From an uncultured Planctomycetales bacterium (lineage in GTDB: Bacteria > Omnitrophota > Gorgyraeia > Zapsychrales > Zapsychraceae): a DNA stretch of 46,063 nucleotides. The notes beneath the pieces were generated by a model. That model worked only from the letters and a program-made list of their open reading frames with translations. It did not search any database and was not told the origin of the DNA. The translations under genes were made by a program, and so were the position numbers. The stretch spans positions 1 to 46,063 of the forward strand of contig CAYIMR010000004.1 in assembly GCA_964364455.1 (NCBI GenBank), given 5' to 3'. Below, piece after piece: positions 18,875 to 28,530 of this stretch; the stretch's first letter is position 1, and every line of letters starts with the position of its first letter.

Positions 18875-20350
18875 CAGTACTTTGTTAAAAAATATTTTAA
18901 AATATTTTTTCTACACTTATTTTAAAAACTGTCTTTACGTAAAATTTGCGGAATCATAACTTACGTAATTTCAATGCGTTGCGTGAAAATTCTTCATTTT
19001 TTCATTGATTCCCCGTCGTAACTCCTGCTATTCTAATCACATCCGATAACCCACCCCAAAACACAAAGGAGCAACGCATGTCCCATTTTTCCAAACCCAT
19101 ACGTTTCATAGACCAGTTCCTCGCCCACTTTCAACCGTTATTCTCCCACACCCAAATGAACATCCTGCGTCAGATGATTTACGCCATGTTCTTCGATTAT
19201 AAACGCCTGTCGCTCTCTGCCATCGCCAAACGTGCCCACATCGATTATCAAAAAATCCAATATTTCTTCAGCGAATCAGACTGGAACGTTGATCAACTTA
19301 ACGATGTCCGCCTGAAAATCCTCCAGAATCAACACACCACCCGCTCGACTTCCAACGGCGTCGTGGCCATTGATGACACCGCCGTCCCAAAACCTTACGC
19401 TAGAAATACCCAAGGCGCCCAATTCCAATACTGCGGCACCTTGGGCCGTCAGGAAAACTGCAACGTCGCCGTCGCTTCCTGCTTCGTCTCCAACACCAAA
19501 CACTTCCCCGTCAACTTCAAACCCTATATCCCTTATGAAGGCGCCGCCCCAAAATCTTTTAAAAGTAAAATTGACCTCGCCAAAGACCTTATTCTCGATG
19601 CCATCGATAAACAAATCGCCTTTTCCACCATCGTCTTTGACGCCTGGTACACCTCCTCCGAACTCATCGAATTCATCGCTTTAAAAAATCTATCCCTCAT
19701 TGCCGAACTCAAAATCAACCGCTCCATCCGCTTCACCCACCCCAAAACTAAACAATGGCTCAACTTGCGCGCTGACCTGATCATCCCTCTTATTAAAGAA
19801 TTTTATCCCCATAAACTCAAATCCGTTAACATCCCCCAAAAAAATGGCAAAATTAAATCCGTCTTGACTTATGCCTTCAAATCCACCCTCAAGGATTGTT
19901 CCACCCCTTTACAGATTATCTTTGTCTTTGACAAATGGTCCGATACTGACGATAAAGATGTTCACGTCCTCATTACCAATAACCTGACCATATCCACCAA
20001 ATCCATCATTCTAACTTACCTGCTGCGATGGGGCATCGAGGAATCTTTTAGAGAGCTCAAAGACGACTTTTGCTTCGACCAGTTTCAAGTCCGTCACCAG
20101 GAGCAAATCCAACGTCACTGGATCCTGTCATTCCTGGCGTGGTCTTTGACTTACTGGATCAAGCAAAACGCCTGCCTCTCCAAAATCCTTCACGATTCCC
20201 CAGAGTCCATCTCCCAATGCAAGGAATCCGTCGCCGCCCTCATCATCATCGACTCCGCTCTTCTTTTGTCAAAGAACCCCAACCACCCTCAATTACAGAA
20301 AATTAAATCCCAACGCTTCAAAGAACGGCTCGAAAATTAACAAAGTACTG
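18875..20350 (+). mobile_element. insertion sequence, IS701/ISH3-like, 1476 bp
   Basis: 14-bp terminal inverted repeats CAGTACTTTGTTAA (18875-18888/20337-20350); 6-bp direct repeat ACAAGA at 18869-18874 and 20351-20356. Confidence 0.92.
19078..20340 (+). CDS. DDE transposase (IS701-like)
   Basis: AIDDT, QYCGTLG..ENC, FDAWY, YLLRWGIEESFRELK; AAGGAG RBS upstream. Confidence 0.9.
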   Translation: MSHFSKPIRFIDQFLAHFQPLFSHTQMNILRQMIYAMFFDYKRLSLSAIAKRAHIDYQKIQYFFSESDWNVDQLNDVRLKILQNQHTTRSTSNGVVAIDDTAVPKPYARNTQGAQFQYCGTLGRQENCNVAVASCFVSNTKHFPVNFKPYIPYEGAAPKSFKSKIDLAKDLILDAIDKQIAFSTIVFDAWYTSSELIEFIALKNLSLIAELKINRSIRFTHPKTKQWLNLRADLIIPLIKEFYPHKLKSVNIPQKNGKIKSVLTYAFKSTLKDCSTPLQIIFVFDKWSDTDDKDVHVLITNNLTISTKSIILTYLLRWGIEESFRELKDDFCFDQFQVRHQEQIQRHWILSFLAWSLTYWIKQNACLSKILHDSPESISQCKESVAALIIIDSALLLSKNPNHPQLQKIKSQRFKERLEN

Positions 20351-20769
20351 ACAAGAAAGAGATTTTCTAAAAGGCCCGGAAATGCAAGAAACCAATCGGC
20401 TTTCCTTTAGCAACAGACTTGGCAAAAAAGTATCCTGATGAAAGAAAGAAAACCGGCAAAGCCAGCCGGCAGATGTCATAAACCATATAGGCCAAAAACA
20501 GCGACGTTCCGGTCAAAATTTTGAACAAATCAGTAAAGTATGGCTGTGTATGCGAGAATATAATGGAGAAATTAGCAAAAAATTTTAACGTGTCAATGCT
20601 CGAGAACCGTTTCTTTTTGTCTTCGCTGCCCGACTGAGTCATTGAGTCAATCCTTAATTGATCCTGCATCTCGGCCGAATAAGTCTTACCCACCGCCAAA
20701 CCAGTATTCTTGGAATCTCTGACTTGGGTAACTCCATTGCTCAATTGATTGACTGGCAGACTATTTTGG

Positions 20770-21987
20770 TTAGCCATGCTGGACCACCTCACTCTTAAAG
20801 TATTGGTGGATACCCGCTAGTACCTTTTTTCCGGCCTGTTCCTCAGCAGGCGTGGGAACCAGTTTGGGATGAAGCATAATGGTTACCAAGTCATTGCCCG
20901 ATTCTTTTAAGTCTTTTACAAATCTCTCCGGCGTCAAATAATTTTCGTAATACTTAAGGACATTTTCCCTTATTCGCCGGATTTCATTTTCCTCCATATC
21001 AAACACTTCATTGACTTTCCGGATCAAATCCTCTTTATCCTTATAAATAATGGCATTCTTTTTATGTTCGAGAGGTGGGTAGAACCAATCATAATAACTA
21101 ATAATCGGGATCGTTCCAACCGCCATGGCTTCAATAGCGTTATGGCACATGGGCAAATCCGTTCCGGAAAGGCAGACAAAAAAATCACTGCTGGCCACGA
21201 TTTCCAGCCATTTTGTTTGCTTGATAGGAAAGGTATGATCGGTTTTGAATACGCAGCACTTGTTGACGTAATCGGCTTTGCCGATAAATCTGTAATAACC
21301 TTTCAGGCTGGACACCATCCTGACCATTTCTGTCAATGAAAGCAGGGTGTTGACACCTTCTATGCGGTTCATCTTGCCGTAATACTTTTTTAATCCTTCG
21401 TGGTTGTAGTATGTTTTAGCGAAATTACCCCCAAAAAATATTTTAATCTTTTTTCGTTCATTCCGGAATTCGTCCACCCTTCTGTTTTGCTTTAATTTGT
21501 ACATGTAAGGATGGAAATAATAAGGGATCCAGACAAATTTGCCTGCCTGGCAATAAGGAGGTTTTAGAATATTGACATAAACCAGCTTTTTCCATTTTTT
21601 CTTTAACAATTGCTCGTTAAAAGCGTCAAAGGCATAAATAAAATCTTCGGTGTTTTGGGGCACGCTTGAAACAAATTTTAAATTCCTGACATGGTAAGAA
21701 AAACGTCCGTAGCGCCCCAGTCCTATAAATTGACTGAAGGTCCTCTGACGGTAATAATAAATATTGAATCCGCCTTCGCCAAAAAGATTCATCGTCAGGT
21801 AGGCATATCGGCCGCTGCCGTCAGCATCCGTGTATAGCCGGTCATCCGTCAGATTAAAAAAAACATTATTGTCATTCTTGGGTAATGATGTCGCGCTCTG
21901 CCCGAAGTTCAAGAGCAAGAATTTTATATAAAAATAGAATTTTGCGAGTTTTAAATAAATGCGCCGTGCTAACCGTTTAATCATCAA
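20770..21987 (-). CDS. putative glycosyltransferase-like protein
   Basis: C-terminal SDFFVCLSG...CHNAIEAMAVGTIPII resembles GT-B/exostosin-like tails. Confidence 0.55.
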   Translation of the reverse strand: MMIKRLARRIYLKLAKFYFYIKFLLLNFGQSATSLPKNDNNVFFNLTDDRLYTDADGSGRYAYLTMNLFGEGGFNIYYYRQRTFSQFIGLGRYGRFSYHVRNLKFVSSVPQNTEDFIYAFDAFNEQLLKKKWKKLVYVNILKPPYCQAGKFVWIPYYFHPYMYKLKQNRRVDEFRNERKKIKIFFGGNFAKTYYNHEGLKKYYGKMNRIEGVNTLLSLTEMVRMVSSLKGYYRFIGKADYVNKCCVFKTDHTFPIKQTKWLEIVASSDFFVCLSGTDLPMCHNAIEAMAVGTIPIISYYDWFYPPLEHKKNAIIYKDKEDLIRKVNEVFDMEENEIRRIRENVLKYYENYLTPERFVKDLKESGNDLVTIMLHPKLVPTPAEEQAGKKVLAGIHQYFKSEVVQHG

Positions 21988-23234
21988 TCCCTTCCCGCGG
22001 CGGCCCGCTCAATAATCCATTGCGCGGGGATGTGCACGTATCCGTAACGTTCCCTAATACAGTTGTCTATCGCGCCTTCTTCCACAATAATGTCGTACAT
22101 TTTTTCCTGATGGTCGAAAGCGATATGTCCCGTGGAATCCCAACAGGCAATGGAAACCAAATATTTCCCCAAGTTGAACGGCAGCGACTTTAAACTGTAG
22201 TGAATTTCCCCTTCCCCTTGAACGCGGTCAATTGTGATTCCATGATCGCGCGTGGTGGCCTTGGAAATGAGCGTTCCATCTTCTGCGCAAAAGCCAACGG
22301 AAAATTCTGGTTTTTCGATTGATTTTTTGGCATTAAAAGAAATGTGCACCGTAAGCGGCTCGCCCCTTTTGAAGATCTTTTTGGATTGAAGATTCCTGTC
22401 CAAGAATTGGACTCTGGTGATTTCGATCTCACGGGTTCCGCTTCTTATGGAATTCACCTCTATTTCCCTGCCTTCAAAGGCATCTTTTTTAAATTCATTT
22501 ACGACGGACAGAGTATTCCCGCAGTACTTGATTTTCCCTTTTGATAAATAGAGCGCATTCTTACACAAGAGTTGCACGGTATTTAGATTATGCGAGATGA
22601 ATATTTTTGTCACACCTTGCTTGTCCATTTCTTTGATTTTGTTGATACACCTTGCCTGAAAATCGATATCCCCAACGGACAATACTTCATCGATAAGTAA
22701 AATGTCAGGTTCACAGTGTACGGCAATAGCAAAACCCAAGCGCACGTACATCCCGCTGGAATAATGCTTAACGGGCGCATCGAGGAATTCCCCTATACCC
22801 GAGAAATCAACAATTGAATCGAACTTTTGATCGATCACTTTTTTGCTCATCCCCAGGATCGCCCCGTTGATATAAATATTTTCTCGGCCGGACAATTGGG
22901 GATGGAACCCCGCGCCAACGGCGATCAGAGCGCCTATTTTCCCTCTTATGGAGATCTTCCCTTTATCGGGCCAGAATATTCCGTTAAGCATCTTGAGCAT
23001 TGTTGTTTTACCTGAACCGTTCGGTCCGATGATCCCTAACGTCTCCCCTTTTTCAACCTCAAAGGAAACATCATTGACGGCCCAGAATTCATTTTTTCGC
23101 AGTTGCTCGGCGCGGGATTTCAACCCCACCAGATTTCGCCCGATATCCGTCATGCCGTATATCATCGAATCCTTAATGTCCTTGCAGTACTTTTTCGATA
23201 CGTGTTCGAGTTTTATGGCGACGTTATTATCCAT
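21984..23234 (-). CDS. wzt: polysaccharide ABC transporter ATPase with Wzt C-terminal domain
   Basis: GPNGSGKT, YSSGMYVRLGF, IDEVLSVGD, C-terminal Ig-like domain. Confidence 0.9.
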   Translation of the reverse strand: MDNNVAIKLEHVSKKYCKDIKDSMIYGMTDIGRNLVGLKSRAEQLRKNEFWAVNDVSFEVEKGETLGIIGPNGSGKTTMLKMLNGIFWPDKGKISIRGKIGALIAVGAGFHPQLSGRENIYINGAILGMSKKVIDQKFDSIVDFSGIGEFLDAPVKHYSSGMYVRLGFAIAVHCEPDILLIDEVLSVGDIDFQARCINKIKEMDKQGVTKIFISHNLNTVQLLCKNALYLSKGKIKYCGNTLSVVNEFKKDAFEGREIEVNSIRSGTREIEITRVQFLDRNLQSKKIFKRGEPLTVHISFNAKKSIEKPEFSVGFCAEDGTLISKATTRDHGITIDRVQGEGEIHYSLKSLPFNLGKYLVSIACWDSTGHIAFDHQEKMYDIIVEEGAIDNCIRERYGYVHIPAQWIIERAAAGRD

Positions 23235-23235
23235 C

Positions 23236-24090
23236 TTAGATCCGCTCCGCGATCCTGGTTTCCGTTAAATGAAAGATGACTAAACCGATAACAAAAAGGG
23301 CCACGGAAAACAGGACGGAAAAAAGAAAACCCTGGATTTCATTGATCCGGCCGTCCAAGATCAGGTCCCTCCCCGCTGAGACGAAATAATACATCGGATT
23401 GTATTGGGTCACATGGGAAAGGATGCCTGCTTTCGGGATCGCGTATAAAACAGGAGTTAAATACATCAAAAAGGTAATACTCAGTGAGAGAATATTGCCT
23501 ATATCGTTGACAATGGCATTCATGATCGAAACCAGGAATCCGAGCCCCAGAGTCAATAAGACGATCGGGAATACGACCAGGGGGACCAGCAGGATGCCCG
23601 GTCCTGGTAAAATCCGATAAAATAACAATAAAACGCTCACTAAAGCAAACTGGATCAGGAGCGAAACCATGGTCCTTCCCATGGGAGCAAAAACCAGAGA
23701 TTTTTTCGAGAAATTGATCCTCGTTACCATATCCCCCGCCGAAGTCAGCGCGTTCGCGGATGAGCCCAGGCCAACGGCGAATATTTGCCAGAACGCCATC
23801 CCGGCGATCGCGTAGACGGGATAGGGCGCTTGAATATCGCCAATATTGAAAATGCCGGAATTATTCAATACGGCAAATACACCGACGTTAATGATCGGCA
23901 GGATAATGATCCAAAGAATGCCAAGAAATGACTGCTTGTACATGGCAAAAAAGTTCCGCCGGAACAATTGATAGGTCAGCCAGCGATTAGAGATAATTTC
24001 AGAAACGATCTCTCCAAGTAGTTGGGAATATCCCTTTTTGAGTGAATTATCCGGCTCGTAAGTGACGACCATGGATCGGTTTGTTTTCAT
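23236..24090 (-). CDS. wzm: polysaccharide ABC transporter permease
   Basis: YKQSFLGILW..I.P, YLTPVLY, YNPM. Confidence 0.88.
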   Translation of the reverse strand: MKTNRSMVVTYEPDNSLKKGYSQLLGEIVSEIISNRWLTYQLFRRNFFAMYKQSFLGILWIIILPIINVGVFAVLNNSGIFNIGDIQAPYPVYAIAGMAFWQIFAVGLGSSANALTSAGDMVTRINFSKKSLVFAPMGRTMVSLLIQFALVSVLLLFYRILPGPGILLVPLVVFPIVLLTLGLGFLVSIMNAIVNDIGNILSLSITFLMYLTPVLYAIPKAGILSHVTQYNPMYYFVSAGRDLILDGRINEIQGFLFSVLFSVALFVIGLVIFHLTETRIAERI

Positions 24091-24142
24091 CCTGTTACAT
24101 TCTCCTGATCTTTTTGATTGAATTCTTTGTTTGTAGAATGTT

Positions 24143-25384
24143 TTAGTTTAAAATATCCCAGCGCATTTCCGGTAAGAAAACGGCATCGCGGTACTGGGCT
24201 GTTCCGCTGTTAACGATCCGGATAACATCTTCTTCGCGTATCGCGAAGGGGTGGAGCATGTTCTCGTCCCAGACGGACAATTGCGCCATATAGATCCCGG
24301 CGGCCAGATTTACTTTTGCCAGATCGATCTTGATGGCGCCTTTGCCCATGATATGGTCGATGGCCTTCCCCTGGTCCTCATTGCTGGAATTACAACAGGA
24401 AACACCATCGGAACGGATGATCTCCAGCAGGAATTTTGGCTTCTCGACGCGTTCTCTGGCCTCATAACGCAGTGTAAGGCTGATGGGTTCTCCCGCCTTA
24501 AAGCTTTCCTTGGGTTGACCATTACCGTCTTCCAGCTTCACCTCATAAATAGTAACAACTGATTTATGCTCCACTTTCACCTTTCCCGTAGAGGAGGCCA
24601 GGCTTTTTTTAAAATCAATTTCGGTCTTTTCCAAAACGATATTTTGATAATAGGGGATGACATCTTCCACGCCTCCTTCCCGGATGACTTCGCCATTTTG
24701 CAAAAGGATGGCCCTCTTGCACAGGCTTTTAATGAGGGCAAGCTGATGGGAAACTAAAATGATCGTTGTCCCGGATTTTAAGAGTTCGCGCATTTTCCGG
24801 CTGCACTGCGCCTGGAAGGCCATGTCGCCGACGGATAACACCTCATCGACCAAGAGGATATCCGGGCTAAGATGGGCGGCCACGGAAAAACCCAGGCGTG
24901 AATACATCCCCGAAGAATAGCGCTTGACCGGCGTATCAATGAATTCACTGATACCCGAAAATTCCACGATCTCGTTGAACCTTGAGTCGATCTCCTTGCG
25001 GCTCATCCCCAGGATGGTCCCGTTGAGATAAACATTTTCCCTTCCGGTCAACTCGGGATGAAAACCGGCGGTGACTTCAATGAGGGCCGCCAGCCGTCCG
25101 TGGATCTTCATGGAACCTTTGGTGGGGACAATGATACGGGATAACAATTTCAAAATAGTGCTTTTGCCGGCCCCGTTCGGCCCTAAAATGCCGACAACGT
25201 CGCCTTTTTTGATATTGAAGCTGACGTTCTTGACAGCCCAGAATTCCTGGTCTTCTTTCGCCTTCTTTAGTTTTTCCCGGGCGGCTTTGCTGAAAAGAAA
25301 CGGGATGGAATCGCGCAGGGAGTTGAACTTTTCGCCCTTTCGGTACTTTTTGGAGACATTGGTAAATTCGATAGCATTCGACAT
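24143..25384 (-). CDS. wzt: polysaccharide ABC transporter ATPase with Wzt C-terminal domain
   Basis: GPNGAGKS, YSSGMYSRLGF, VDEVLSVGD. Confidence 0.9.
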   Translation of the reverse strand: MSNAIEFTNVSKKYRKGEKFNSLRDSIPFLFSKAAREKLKKAKEDQEFWAVKNVSFNIKKGDVVGILGPNGAGKSTILKLLSRIIVPTKGSMKIHGRLAALIEVTAGFHPELTGRENVYLNGTILGMSRKEIDSRFNEIVEFSGISEFIDTPVKRYSSGMYSRLGFSVAAHLSPDILLVDEVLSVGDMAFQAQCSRKMRELLKSGTTIILVSHQLALIKSLCKRAILLQNGEVIREGGVEDVIPYYQNIVLEKTEIDFKKSLASSTGKVKVEHKSVVTIYEVKLEDGNGQPKESFKAGEPISLTLRYEARERVEKPKFLLEIIRSDGVSCCNSSNEDQGKAIDHIMGKGAIKIDLAKVNLAAGIYMAQLSVWDENMLHPFAIREEDVIRIVNSGTAQYRDAVFLPEMRWDILN

Positions 25385-25393
25385 TTTAGCCTC

Positions 25394-25421
25394 AGCGTAT
25401 AGCGTTTAGCGGACAGCGGTT
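25394..25421 (+). repeat. heptamer array AGCGNNN (left arm)
   Basis: AGCGTAT AGCGTTT AGCGGAC AGCGGTT. Confidence 0.7.
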
Positions 25422-25469
25422 AGTTAAAAAATTAAAACCGTAATCCAATTTTGTTTCGGACTTGATCGA

Positions 25470-26801
25470 CTATAAAAAATCCTTTGCATCCTGAAGACTT
25501 AAACTTAACCATTGAAATTTGTATTTCGGATAATCGGCAACAATTCGCTTAGATTTTTCTTTTAACCCATCCAGATCTATCTTTTTTTTATTCAACTTGA
25601 TTTCCGCCACAACCACCTCTTTTTTCATATCATTGATGGCCACCAAGTCGATCTCATTGCGGTTCCCTTTTTCCCAATAAGAACCGATAAGATTATATTG
25701 GTTGGTCCCGGCAAACAGATCATGGTAAAAACGTTCTAATACCCTCCCGCAGTAAGCGGGATAGTCCCGCTTAACCACATTTTTAACATAATCAAAATTT
25801 CCGGTCTCGATCGCGGAACGGTTACGATATATAAAACGAAACCAGAAATTCAAAAAATTATCAACAATCCGGTATTTTTGAGATCTTGAATTCGGTTTGG
25901 CGTTAATGGGTTTATATTTCTCGATAATCGCGTAATCCCTTTCCAGACGGTCGAGATACCCGCCCACATTGGACTCTAAAATAGACTCCATCTCTGACCG
26001 AGCCGTCTTTCCTGAAGAAATGAGCTCAAGGATCGAGAAATATGTCCCATACTCTTTGCCAAATTCTTCAATAAGCAAATTTTTGCCCTCATTAATAAAC
26101 GGGGAGTTGCTCTCGATCACAAGATCAAGGATACCATCGAATGAAAAGGCCTTGTTCTCAACAAATAAATCAATATACTTGGGCATCCCGCCTGTAAAAA
26201 CATAATAATCGAGCAAAACCTTTGGATCGTTGATCTTGTAATCATGAAGGATCCCGTTGAGCGTTTTAACCGAAAAAGGCCCGATCGAAAGAATCCGGTC
26301 CGCGCGATTGAATAACGGCTCTTTGGAATTCTGGAATATCTTATGCATCAAGGAATATACGGATCCGATAAATATCACGTTTAACCGGCAACGACTTTTA
26401 TTCAAATCCCATAATTTCTGTATCTCCGAATAGATCGCCGGATTAATGTTGTAAAACTCCTGGAATTCATCCACGATCAGCGTAAAGTGTTCTTTTTGAG
26501 CTATCCGTAAGAGCAACTGAAAAATATCCCTGAATGAACGGATTTCTCCAGCAACCGGAGCATCGGGAAATAATTGTTTGATCTCTCGCAGATATTCCGC
26601 GCAAAGCAATGCTTCCGACTTCTTGGCCACAAAGAAATAAACGTGCTTTTGCTCCCTCGCGCGCGCGACAAGTTCCAACGAAAGCACGGTTTTGCCCACA
26701 CGCCTACGCCCGGTCAAAACGGTCATCCGGGCACCGCTTTTTGCCTGCCCCAGCAGCTTGTTAAGCTCAACCAGCTCGTGCTCCCTGCCGTAGAATTTCA
26801 T
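25470..26801 (-). CDS. archaeal-type ATPase with wHTH and DUF234/PD-(D/E)XK-like C-terminus
   Basis: MKFYGRE.EL, GRRRVGKT, IVDEFQ, DNFLNFWFRF, EIDLVA...AEIK; GGAGG RBS before ATG 26801. Confidence 0.85.
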   Translation of the reverse strand: MKFYGREHELVELNKLLGQAKSGARMTVLTGRRRVGKTVLSLELVARAREQKHVYFFVAKKSEALLCAEYLREIKQLFPDAPVAGEIRSFRDIFQLLLRIAQKEHFTLIVDEFQEFYNINPAIYSEIQKLWDLNKSRCRLNVIFIGSVYSLMHKIFQNSKEPLFNRADRILSIGPFSVKTLNGILHDYKINDPKVLLDYYVFTGGMPKYIDLFVENKAFSFDGILDLVIESNSPFINEGKNLLIEEFGKEYGTYFSILELISSGKTARSEMESILESNVGGYLDRLERDYAIIEKYKPINAKPNSRSQKYRIVDNFLNFWFRFIYRNRSAIETGNFDYVKNVVKRDYPAYCGRVLERFYHDLFAGTNQYNLIGSYWEKGNRNEIDLVAINDMKKEVVVAEIKLNKKKIDLDGLKEKSKRIVADYPKYKFQWLSLSLQDAKDFL

Positions 26802-26803
26802 TA

Positions 26804-26856
26804 TAGTAACCTCCGTTACTGTAACCAATGATACTATATCAATAGCTTTTTGTCAA
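26804..26856 (-). promoter_or_regulatory. sigma-70 promoter with palindromic operator
   Basis: TTGACA-N17-TATCAT (26856-26828); palindrome AGTAAC-CTCC-GTTACT over the RBS. Confidence 0.6.
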
Positions 26857-26884
26857 GCTGCTATACAGCTACCCGCTATCCGCT
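26856..26884 (-). repeat. heptamer array (right arm, inverted relative to 25394-25421)
   Basis: Minus strand AGCGGAT AGCGGGT AGCTGTAT AGCAGCT. Confidence 0.65.
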
Positions 26885-26886
26885 GT

Positions 26887-27663
26887 TTAAATGTTTTCCG
26901 CGAAAAACGGTTCGTTCTTATGAAAAAATACGCCGCCTATCAACAGCATCACAATTGAACTTGCGGCAGAATACCCTACCCACATAAGATGTGGCATCTC
27001 CTTTAAAACAACAGTGTGGTTGATCGCTTCCAGGATACTTCCGACCGGGTTTAATAATAATAGAATTTGCCAATTACCAAACTGGCTGGCGTCATAAAAA
27101 ACCGGTGTAAAGAAAATCCCGAACATTAAAATGATCTCAACGACATATTTAATGTCCCGGAAAAAAAGATTCGCCGCGGATAAAAAAAGCGCCAACCCGG
27201 CTGTAAACAGGATTAATAGGATAATTAATACTGGAAGCCAGAGTATGTAGATGCTGACCCCAAACTTGAAAATGGCCAATAGAACGCTTAGCACAATAAC
27301 GGCGATGCTAAAATCAAAAAAGCAGGCCAGGACGGATGCCATCGGCAGTACGGCGCGCGGGAAATAGATCTTTGTGATCAGGGGGCTGTTGCCGACCAGG
27401 CTTTGGACGGAAAACCGCAGAGAACTGACAAAGAACGTCCAGGGCAGGACCTTGACGGAAATGGATATGATCCCTTTCGCGTCGACATATTGCCCGGAAA
27501 TGACCGCCATGGCTTTTTTGATCAGGACCCCGGCCGCGACGGCGACGAGCGGCATGAAGATCGCCCATAAAAACCCCATCGCCGCCTGTTTGTACCGGAT
27601 CCGGATATCCCGGAACGTCAGCATAAATAACAGATCGCGATATTGAAACAATTCTTTGAACAT
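26887..27663 (-). CDS. wzm: polysaccharide ABC transporter permease
   Basis: RDIRIRYKQAAMGFLWA, KIYFPR, FFTPVFY, LNPV; AAGGAG RBS before ATG 27663. Confidence 0.9.
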   Translation of the reverse strand: MFKELFQYRDLLFMLTFRDIRIRYKQAAMGFLWAIFMPLVAVAAGVLIKKAMAVISGQYVDAKGIISISVKVLPWTFFVSSLRFSVQSLVGNSPLITKIYFPRAVLPMASVLACFFDFSIAVIVLSVLLAIFKFGVSIYILWLPVLIILLILFTAGLALFLSAANLFFRDIKYVVEIILMFGIFFTPVFYDASQFGNWQILLLLNPVGSILEAINHTVVLKEMPHLMWVGYSAASSIVMLLIGGVFFHKNEPFFAENI

Positions 27664-27690
27664 TGGCGCTCCTTGATTTTGATGGGCCAA

Positions 27691-27708
27691 GTACACTCCG
27701 GAGTGTAC
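27691..27708. repeat. REP-like palindrome copy 2
   Basis: GTACACTCCGGAGTGTAC (no central base). Confidence 0.9.
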
Positions 27709-27723
27709 CGGCGATCAATTAAG

Positions 27724-28530
27724 TTATCGAAACACGGAATCAATACTGTTTTTGATAAGCCCGTAGTTGAAAAGTTTCAATTCGTTCTTATCATCTAAAA
27801 ATCTTTCCACGTCTTTAGCCGCTTTCTTCAAGTCAGTTTTTTTAAGATTGTTTAACAAGAATTCTTTGATATTTTGGGCATTTACGCCAGGGGTTTTGCC
27901 TTGGGTTTGCCGGATCGCGTTATTCAACAGCTCGTAATCCGGCTCAACCTTCCTGGCCAAATACCAAATCAGATCATAAAAGTCGCGCCCTTTGATGTAT
28001 TCGCGGTAAAAGCAGGCTGAAATCTTGGTCGCGAACATGGAAGACAAATCAAAATGTCTGATATAAAACACGTAGGTCTTGTTGACCAGGCTGTTCTCGA
28101 TTTTGCCTCCCTTGGGGGGATTCGTGTCCACTTCAAGTTTGATCGATAACTTTTGCCCTGGCAGCGGCGAAATCCCCAATTCGTTTAATAAACCCGGAAA
28201 TTTCAGCATGACATTGTTGACAGTCTTCACCTTTTTCAGGATTTTTTCCATCTTGAGTCCGTAGAGTTCGATCTCCTTGTGAAGCTCCTCGCAAAGTTTC
28301 TCGAAATCATATCCGGCAGGGTTGGCCAATGAAAAATCCAGGTCTTCCGAAAAACGCCGCACATTAAACAAAATCCTTAATGCCGTTCCTCCGACAAACA
28401 CCAGGTTTTCAAACCATCCTTTGTCATGAAGTACTTTTAAGATCAAAATCTGCAAGAATTCACGCAGGCGATTCTCTTTCTCTTCCCTGGACATGGACTC
28501 CGTGAATTGTTCTTTGAGAACTTCAATCAT
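27724..28530 (-). CDS. AbiEii-family nucleotidyltransferase (type IV TA toxin)
   Basis: FVGGTALR, RFSEDLDFS, IKLEVD, K..A...R..KGRDFYDL. Confidence 0.9.
   Translation of the reverse strand: MIEVLKEQFTESMSREEKENRLREFLQILILKVLHDKGWFENLVFVGGTALRILFNVRRFSEDLDFSLANPAGYDFEKLCEELHKEIELYGLKMEKILKKVKTVNNVMLKFPGLLNELGISPLPGQKLSIKLEVDTNPPKGGKIENSLVNKTYVFYIRHFDLSSMFATKISACFYREYIKGRDFYDLIWYLARKVEPDYELLNNAIRQTQGKTPGVNAQNIKEFLLNNLKKTDLKKAAKDVERFLDDKNELKLFNYGLIKNSIDSVFR

Larger units (their letters stand above)
18099..20792 (-). pseudogene. acyltransferase family 3 gene split by an IS, with an additional in-frame TAG
   Basis: 5' part (RFSSIDTLKFFA...H, ALPVFFLSSGYF) and 3' part (GQYTLGIYCMHP) rejoin in frame when the IS and one TSD are removed; TAG at 20367-20369. 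Confidence 0.8.

Noticed and set aside
20367-20369. Programmed TAG readthrough (pyrrolysine or recoding)
   Set aside because: Other genes here terminate at TAG and the gene is already IS-disrupted; a nonsense mutation is simpler.
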